Shown piece by piece: positions 1 to 9,000 of a DNA stretch of 31,725 nt. Every line of letters begins with the position of its first letter. The stretch's first letter is position 1. The notes beneath the pieces are model-generated. The model was not told where the DNA came from. It saw nothing but the letters and a program-made list of their open reading frames with translations, and searched no databases. The DNA is from Macrostomum lignano. Its lineage: Eukaryota. Location: the NCBI GenBank assembly GCA_002269645.1, contig NIVC01004050.1, positions 1 through 31,725 on the forward strand, in the 5' to 3' direction. Made by a program: the position numbers and the translations under genes.

Positions 1-792
1 GGACACTTCGTTTTGGAAAATTTATTAAAGGCTGATTTTCACGGAAAAATGCACTAGCGAGATAGGAACTTTTCACTTTTTCACTTTAAAATGGTGATAG
101 CTTTTTATTGGAAGCAGATACAAAGCTCTTCTTTGATATAACTTACAAAACATGTTGCTTCAACGGATTTTATAAATATTTTTTTACAATTAATTGATCT
201 TCATATTTTTTAGTTACTAGCTATATCATGCAGCAATTATAGTTTAAAGCTAACTAGTGACTAACTTGAATTTTACAATATCTTTTTAGTCGAATGTATC
301 TATTTATTAGCAATATAGCATTAAAAAAACAGTTGGCTATAATTATATGCCGAATTCACTGCTTATTCATTTTAGTTTTATACTTTTCATATAAAATAAG
401 TATTTAATATGTAGCTATACCTTAGTATACTAGCTATGCATTTAATTATAGCCAACTGTTTTTATAATGATATATTGCTAATAAATAGATACATTCGACT
501 AAAAAGATATTGTAAAATTCAAGTTAGTCACTAGTTAGCTTTAAACTATAATTGCTGCATGATATAGCTAGTAACTAAAATAATATGAAGATCAATTAAT
601 TGTAAAAAATATTTATAAAACCCGTTGAAGCAACATGTTTTGTAAGTTATATCAAAAAAAGAGCTTTGTATCTGCTTCCAATAAAAAGCTATCACCATTT
701 TTAAAGTGAAAAAAGTGAAAAGTTCCTATCTCGCTAGTGCATTTTTCCGTGAAAATCAGCCTTTAATAAATTTTCCAAGAAACGAAGTGTCC
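1..792. repeat. Long AT-rich inverted repeat (arms ~1-350 and ~438-792, spacer ~87 bp)
   Basis: GGACACTTCG at 1-10 mirrors CGAAGTGTCC at 783-792. Complementarity continues with small indels to GGCTATAATTATATGC (~335-350) versus GCATTTAATTATAGCC (~438-453). It may extend left of the window. Confidence 0.95.
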
Positions 793-810
793 CATCCGCG
801 GGAGCACCCC

Positions 811-1150
811 AACTGCCAGCCGGAAAACTGCCAGCCGACAATTTCCAGCCGGAAAACTGCCAGCCGACAATTGCCAGTCGACAACTGCCAGCCGACAATT
901 GCCAGCTGAGAAAACTGCCAGCCGGAAAACTGCCAGCCGACAACTGCCAGCCGGAAAACTGCCAGCCGACAATTGCCAGCCGACAACTGCCAGCCGACAA
1001 CTGCCAGCCGACAACTGCCAGCTGAGAAAACTGCCAGCCGAAAACTGCCAGCCGACAACTGCCAGTCGACAATTGCCAATCGACAATTGCCAGCCGAGAA
1101 ATCTGCCAGCCGAGAAATCTGCCAGCCGACAACTGCCAGCCGACAAGTTC
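811..1150 (+). repeat. 14-15 bp tandem repeat (ACTGCCAGCCGACA), left arm of the foldback element
   Basis: About 24 units read directly, with variants GGAAA, GAGAAA and GTCGAC. Confidence 0.95.
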
Positions 1151-1642
1151 TAGCTAATTGAATCTACTGTAGCCTACTTATTAGCTAAGTAAAAAGCACG
1201 AAACTGTTTGGCTAGCAAAAGGCTTGTGGGGTAGCCTTAAATGTCGCCCTTCCCTTCGTCCCTAATTTTTTCAGATTTCCATTGGAAGTATATATATGTG
1301 AAGGAGAAAGCATTCAAATTTCGTATATTTTTAGGTTGCCTTTGCTCTTTCTTTGAAAGCTTTATTTAAGTAAAGTAATTTAATAGACTTATCTAGGATT
1401 GCGTCATATAGCAATCGCAATCGCAAATTAAATAATAAAGTAAATAAACTTTCAATACAGAAATATTTACAATAGGCATTACAGAATGCTTTCTCCTTCA
1501 CATATACTTCTAATGGAAATCTGAAAAAATTAGGGTAGGGAAGGGCGACATTTAAGGCTACCCCACAAGCCTTTTGCTAGCCAAACAGTTTCGTGCTTTT
1601 TACTTAGCTAATAAGTAGGCTACAGTATATTCAATTAGCTAG

Positions 1643-1860
1643 AACTTGTCGGCTGGCAATTGTCGACTGGCAATTGTCGGCTGGCAGTTGTCGGCTGGCA
1701 GTTGTCGACTGGCAGTTGTCGGCTGGCAGTTGTCGGCTGGCAGTTGTCGACTGGCAGTTGTCGGCTGGCAGTTGTCGGCTGGCAGTTGTCGGCTGGCAGT
1801 TGTCGACTGGCAGTTGTCGGCTGGCAGTTGTCGGCTGGCAGTTTTCCGGCTGGCAGTTGG
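1643..1860 (-). repeat. Reverse-complement array of the same 14-bp unit (TGTCGGCTGGCAGT), right arm
   Basis: About 15 units read directly. Confidence 0.95.
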
Positions 1861-2464
1861 GGTGGACCCGTCCCGTCCTTCTTCTTCTAGTGGTCCTTGC
1901 TCTATTTACCGGTGCGAGCTTTCTCAAGCCAAACTTTTCCACGCGGAAAACTGCTACACAAAGTCAAAACAAAAAGAACTGCTGCCTTCATGCCTCATTT
2001 ATTGGACTTCGCTACAGTTTGCGAGCAGAGGTTTCTTCGAAGGCACACACGGCCCTGAAAAGGAAAACTGCAACGTGAAACGACCTGACCCAACCTTGGA
2101 AGCAATATTTTTTTTCATTTAAGACTCCCTTTGAGCAGTCAAGGAGAAGAAACAGTCACGAAACTGATCAGTAAAAACAATCCGGGCTGTCAAAGACATT
2201 CATGCTTTGAACCATGGCGGTTTGAAAGCAATTAGCGACCTCGAGCACGCAAAATGCGTCAGAAACGAGCGGAAGCTGATCAGAAACATTGATTAGAAGT
2301 TAGGAGCCGTGCCAGTGTTTCAATATCACTTCTGCACTCGCATACTGTGCTACTGCCAACCACCCCTGCCGACCCCACACACTAACCCCCATGGATTGGC
2401 AACAAACACCCTCTCACTGCCAAGCGCCCCGCACAACAACCCCACAAAAAACCCCCACACATAA

Positions 2465-2720
2465 CACCCTCCCACTGCCAACCCCTCCCACACAAAACCC
2501 TCCATGTGCCAACTCCACACACACACACACAACACCCTCCCACAGCCAACCCCCTCCCACACAAAACCCTCCCATGTGCCAACTCCACACACACACACAA
2601 CACCCTCCCACTGCCAACCCCCTCCCACACAAAACCCTCCCATGTGCCAACTCCACACACACACACAACACCCTCCACTGCCAACCCCCTCCCACTACCA
2701 ACACACCCCTCCTACCCACA
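2465..2720. repeat. ~67-bp C-rich minisatellite with an embedded (CA)n, ~4 copies
   Basis: Unit CACCCTCCCAC(T/A)GCCAACCCCCTCCCACACAAAACCCTCCCATGTGCCAACTC(CA)n. The paralogous array is at 13661-13990. Confidence 0.9.
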
Positions 2721-2952
2721 CAACACTTTCCCAGGCCCAACCCCACGCACCACCCGTTTTCTCTTTCGACCATTTTAACAAGAACAAAGTCAAAACTCAA
2801 AATTGGCTTGGTTATATTTCTCAATAAGTGGCTCCTGCATCAGAGAGCGTCCACAGGGATAAAGTTTTGCTTTCGTCGTTTTGCTATACTTTTTCTTTGT
2901 CAAAAACAAGCCACGGGCAGTTAGGGGGTAGGGAGGCTTTCGCCAAATCCAG

Positions 2953-3007
2953 TGGCTTATTAATATTGGTAGCCTCTGGCTTATTAATATTGGTAGCCTC
3001 TGGCTTA
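2953..3007. repeat. 24-bp repeat (TGGCTTATTAATATTGGTAGCCTC), ~2.3 copies, just downstream of the gene A stop codon
   Basis: Read directly; about 12 copies in copy B. Confidence 0.9.
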
Positions 3008-3083
3008 ATCAAGTAGGCATGTTCTGATCAGTCAGAAAATCCAGTTCGGAATTGAAACTTTCAAGAAGCGAGTTCGCAGGGAG

Positions 3084-6000
3084 TCACATTTCAAGAGACT
3101 CATTTCTAGCCGTGTTGACTCGCCCAGTCCCGTTGGGGTCATTGTTGCACACCGTCCTCAGCACCGTGTTGGCGTCGGCGACTCTGACGCGTCGGTCTTT
3201 GAGGATGGTCAGCACCTGGAATTCGATTTAGTCCGGATGTCCGATGGGGCTGCGAAGCGCCTGAGATTCACAATGTCTCGTAAGCTAAGCCTCCAGCCTA
3301 GACCTCATCAGAAAGTAATACAAATTTAGGTAAGTAGCGCTGGTAACTCGAAAACAAAATTGCTAACTTGCACTAATTACCAAAACTTGCAGTCCGCTCT
3401 AGAGCCCACACCCCAGCCCACAGCCCACACCCCAGCCCACACCCCAGCAACCCCAGCCCACACTCCAGCCCACACTCTAGCCCACACTCCAGCCCACACT
3501 CCAACCCACACTCCAGCCCACACTCCAACCCACACTCAAGCCCACACCCGAACCCACACTCAAGTGCACACCCCAACCCACACTCCAGCCCACACTCCAG
3601 CACACATCCCATACTCCAGCACACATCCCACACTCCAACACACATCCCACACCCAGCCCACATCCCACACTCCAGCACACATCCTAACCCACACCCCAAC
3701 CCACACTCCAGCCCATACCCCACCTCACACCCTGACCACCGACCTTCCTGCCAAACACCAGCAGCACGGTGGTGGCTGAGCAGATGTTGATGCAGCAGGT
3801 CAGCAGCACGAGTCGCAGGTCCACCGAGCCGATGGGCAGCGCAAACTCCAGCACCACGCCGATCAGCCCCATCACGGTGGTGTTGTACACGCAGATTCCG
3901 ATCACCTTCGAGTCGTTCAGCGCTTCCACGTGAATTGTGCGAGTCTCCCAGGCAAAGAAGATTCCGAACAGAAGGAACACCGCCTTCATGCCGATGATGA
4001 GGCCCTTCCACAGCACCTCGCTGCTGGACTGACACACGACCAGCTTGTGCAGAACCACAGCTCCGTCAGAGATCATGTCCTGCATTGGCATGGCACTGCA
4101 TGTCAGTGGAATGTCAGTGCAATGTCAGACTCACACTGCACACTGTCACCTGCTCAGACAGTCTCTTGTGAATGCAGAGTACAGAATCACTGCACACCCT
4201 GTTACCTGCTCAGACAGTCTCTTGTGAATGCAGAGTACAGAATCACACTGCACACCCTGTCACCTGCTCAGACAGTCTCTTGTGAATGCAGAGTACAGAA
4301 TCACACTGCACACCCTGTTACCTGCTCAGACAGTCTCTTGTGAATGCAGAGTACAGAATCACTACACACCCTGTTACCTGCTCAGACAGTCTCTTGTGAA
4401 TGCACAGTACAGAATCACTGCACACCCTGTTACCTGCTCAGACAGTCTGTTGTGAATGCAGAGTACAGAATCACTGCACACCCTGTTACCTGCTCAGACA
4501 GTCTCTTGTGAGTGCAGAGTACAGAATCACTGCACACCCTGTTACCTGCTCAGACAGTCTCTTGTGAGTGCAGAGTACAGAATCACTGCACACCCTGTTA
4601 CCTGCTCAGACAGTCTCTTGTGAATGCAGAGTACAGAATCACTGCACACCCTGTTACCTGCTCAGACAGTCTCTTGTGAGTGCAGAGTACAGAATCACTG
4701 CACACCCTGTTACCTGCTCAGACAGTCTCTTGTGAATGCAGAGTACAGAATCACTGCACACCCTGTCACCTGCTCAGACAGTCTCTTGTGAATGCAGAGT
4801 ACAGAATCACTGCACACCCTGTTACCTGCTCAGACAGTCTGTTGTGAATGCAGAGTACAGAATCACTGCACACCCTGTTACAGCTCAGACAGTCTCTTGT
4901 GAATGCAGAGTACAGAATCACTGCACAACTGTCACCTGCTCAGACAGTCTCTTGTGAGTGCAGAGTACAGAATCACTGCACACACTGTCACCTGCTCAGA
5001 CAGTCTCTTGTGAGTGCAGAGTACAGAATCACTGCACAAACTGTCACCTGCTCAGACAGTCTCTTGTGAATGCAGAGTACAGAATCACTGCATACCCTGT
5101 TACCTGCTCAGACAGTCTCTTGTGAATGCAGAGTACAGAATCACTGCACGCCCTGTTACCTGCTCAGACAGTCTTTTGTGAATGCAGAGTACAGAATCAC
5201 ACTGCACACCCTGTTACCTGCTCAGACAGTCTCTTGACAGCCAAGGCTGGGGAATCCAGGAGTCCGAGAGCCAACAGCAGTCCAGCATCCATCAGCAGAA
5301 TAGCGGCAATCACCATGCAGAGGTGCCAGTCCTTGATGGTCTGAAATCCGGTAATGCGTGACCAGGCTGGCTCAAGGTCATTCAGGGGACTGACTATACA
5401 CGAGCACTGCAGTGCAGATGGACTCACAGTCAGCCTCATCTTGTTGGTGAAGATTCTGTGGACTCGCCACGTCTTGGCCAGAATTCCACCGAAGGCGCAC
5501 GAGTAGCCAGTGATGAGGCAGAGCAGCTGGGACCAGCACAGTCCGAGCTGGCTTCCCATGTACGCGTTGAAGGTCATGATGAGGCAGGACGCGTGGCACA
5601 GCAGGCAGCCCAGCCCGATGATGGTGTTCACGATGGGGCTGCTGAGCCGGATGTAGGGCACCTTGCGGAACCACAGGTTCACCGCCATGGCGGCCAGGGT
5701 GAGGCAGGCGCCGCAGGCAGACAGGCCGCCAGAGACCACGGCGCTGACGAGGCTGGCATGGACGAGCTTTGAGAGGATTCTGGGAGAGTCGACTGGAGCC
5801 GAGCCGCCTGCGGGACGGGGTGGGAGATGCGCTGATGGGGTCTCGGGAGACTGGGCTGATGGGGACTCGGGATACTGGGTTGATGGGGACTCGGGAGACT
5901 GGGCTGATGGGGGCTCGGGAGACTGGGCTGATGTGTGAGGCTCGGGAGACTGGGCTGATGGGGCTCGGGAGACTGGGCTGATGGGGCTCGGGAGACTGGG

Positions 6001-9000
6001 CTGATGGGGCTCGGGAGACTGGGCTGATGGGGACTCGGGAGACTGGGCTGATGGGGACTCGGGAGACTGAGCTGATGGAGACTCGGGAGACTGGGCTTTT
6101 TGGGTGAGAACATCAGCATCCATTTAGTATATGGATGCTGATGGTCCAGTATTTGAGTTTCGTACCTGCAAACCATAATGATTTGATCCAGCGAGTGTCC
6201 CCTGTCTTCGGTTGGTACGTTGCAACCAAATCTCTCTTGAGACCTACGCTCGTAGGGTAGGATGACATTAGTTAGCCAAAGCCGTGTTTTCAATTTCTAC
6301 TATTTTGAATAAGATTTAATCCCATGTTTTACCTCGGATTTGATAAATATTAACGGTTGATTCTCTGTCACCCTTCCAATCGAAATTGACTTGACCCTGC
6401 AGTTGGGGACTTTATTCATTGTTATTTATGTTTCTGATGCAGTTTCAAGCCGTAGTGATGTGTTAAAGGAATGACAAAAAAGCATTGTACACTACAGCAG
6501 GCTTGTACACTACAGCAGGCTTGTACACTACAGCAGTCTTGTACACTACAGCAGTCTTGTACACTACAGCAGTCTTGTACACTACAGCAGTCTTGTACAC
6601 TACAGCAGTCTTGTACACTACAGCAGTCTTGTACACTACAGCAGTCTTGTACACTACAGCAGTCTTGTACACTACAGCAGGCTTGTACACTACAGCAGGC
6701 TTGTACACTACAGCAGTCTTGTACACTATATACACTTGAGCATTTCGGTACAACCTGCTGAACTTTTATCCTAGTTTAGGAGGCACCTCATCCTTATTCC
6801 AACAAACGGATATTGTTGTTTGTTGCCTTGATTTTCTTTAATTTCTACTCTTAGTAGTCGAGTGGCGCTGCTTTGCAATTGTTAATTATATAGCTTATTT
6901 TTCGCAGCATGGCGGCTCACTCACAACTGAACGAAGGCCAGGCATGTGTAGGGTAATATTTCAACTTCTAGATCTTCAACTTCATGCCCCGCTACCCTTC
7001 TGCTACTACTGAAAACAATTCCAACCTCGCAACGAAAGTTTAGTTTACAAGCATGGAACCGGGAGACAAGCAACTCACCGAAAGTCCATGAAAGTCCAGG
7101 CTGCGAACGTTCTCGAAGATTTTCTCTTTGAAACTCGAGCAGTCGAGGTCGGCAGGCTCGGCAGTGTAATTCTCGCCCTGCTCCAGGGTGGCGTTGATGG
7201 CCAGGGCGGCCGCCGTCACCGCGTCGAAACGCGTGTCGAAGCCGTTGAGGCCGTATTGCTGGGGGTTTGCGGTCCAGCTGCCGAACTGGCTGAGGAAGTC
7301 CTCGTAGGTCTCGTCTCTTGTCTGAAATTGTGCGGCCTACCCTCTGAAGAACTCGCTTGGAGATGTCACGACAGTCAGAGATGTCCCGATATATCTTGAC
7401 ATCGTGACATCTCTGACATCGTGACATCTCTGACATCGTGACATCTCTGACATCGTGACATCTTGACATCGTGACATCTTGACATCCTGACATCTTGACA
7501 TCGTGACATCTCTGACATCGTGACATCTTGACATCGGGACATCTTGGCATACTGTCATCGGGACATCGTGAAATCTTGGCATGCTGTCATCGAGACATCT
7601 TGACATCAGGACATCTTGGCATACTGTCATCAGGACAACTTACATACTGTCATCGAGACATCTTGCATACTGTCCATCGGGACATGTCGACACACTGTTA
7701 TCGGGACATCTTGACATACTGTCCATCGTGACATGTTGACATACTGTCCATCGGGACATGTTGACATACTATCATCGTGATATATGACAGTACACTATGA
7801 GGATGTTGCTGATATCCTGAGGACATCTTGAAAAATGGCATGCTGACTTAAAGATATGCTCTCAAATTAGCATCCTACATCTTAACATAATGACATATTA
7901 GTATCTTGACTTTATAGCATGACATCCTGACAACCTGGTGTCCGGACATACTGTTTATTTGCATACTGATATCCTGGCATTTTGACAAAATATCAGCACC
8001 GTGCTTGACTCTCTGACATTCTGGTTTTCAGCACCATAACGCGCTAACGTGATGGCATTGGGACATCGCAATTCTTACTCGACCCGTCAGTCCAGCAGGG
8101 TGCCTCGCTCCCGGATCCTCCGGGTCATTGTCCAGCACCATGGAGCCCTCCATGGCCACGGCTCGCTCGGAATCAGAGCAGCTTTCATTCTGATTGAGCC
8201 GCGTGGTTGACAGAAGCCCCATCTGAATCCACTGGTACTTGGGTCCGTACGCTCCCAGCCGCTTGATCTGTGTTTGTTAACGCTTTTTTTAGACTCTGTG
8301 CTAAACTGTAGCCTCCTTAAAGGTTCGGGTGTGGGAGATTCGGGTGTGGGAGATTCGGGTGTGGGAGATTCGGGTGTGGGTGGATTCTGTCTGGTGTGGG
8401 CGGATTCTGTCTGGTGTGGGCGGATTCTGTCTGGTGTGGGCGGATTCTGTCTGGTGTGGGCGGATTCTGTCTGGTGTGGGCGGATTCTGTCTGGTGTGGG
8501 CGGATTCTGTCTGGTGTGGGCGGATTCTGTCTGGTGTGGGCGGATTCTGTCTGGTGTGGGCGGATTCTGTCTGGTGTGGGCGGATTCGGATGTGGGTGGA
8601 ATCGTGTGTGGGTGGATTCGGGTGTGGGTGGATTCGGGTGTGGCTGGATTCGGGTGTGGCTGGATTCGGGTGTGGCTGGATTCGGGTGTGGCTGGATTCG
8701 GGTGTGGGTGGATTCGGGTGTGGCTGGATTCGGGTGTGGGTGGATTCGGGTGTGGGTGGATTCGGGTGTGGCTGGATTCGGGTGTGGGTGGATTCGTGTA
8801 TTGGGAGAGGCGGGTGTGGGTGGATTCGGGTGTGGGAGATTCGGGTGTGGGAGATTCGGGTGTGGGAGATTCGGGTGTGAGTGGATTCGGGTGTGGGTGG
8901 ATTCGGGTGTGGGTGGATTCGGGTGTGGGTGGATTCGGGTGTGGGTGGATTCGGGTGTGGGTGGATTCGGGTGTGGGTGGATTCGGGTGTGGCTGGATTC

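Larger units (their letters stand above)
805..1864. mobile_element. Foldback-like element: long inverted arms (805-1315 and 1484-1864) with subterminal 14-bp tandem repeats; non-coding
   Basis: The termini are CACCCCAACTGCCAGCCGGAAAA and TTTTCCGGCTGGCAGTTGGGGTG. About 165 bp of unique inner arm (1151-1315) is mirrored at 1484-1642, and the spacer is ~168 bp. No clear target-site duplication (TSD) seen. Confidence 0.7.

Noticed and set aside
1865-2350. Short coding-looking stretch (KTIRAVKDIHALNHGGLKAISDLEHAKCVRNERKLIRNID*)
   Set aside because: No motif I can confidently recognise. It may be decayed TE sequence and needs a tBLASTx search.
706-2924. Many overlapping ORFs (WQLSAGSCRL, HTHTQHPP types)
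   Set aside because: They are translations of stop-free tandem repeats on both strands, with no domain similarity or splice support.
7088-7399. Antisense ORF (MKVQAANVLEDF...) conserved at 19585-19905
   Set aside because: It is the shadow ORF of GC-rich exon 7, and its conservation is explained by the sense exon.
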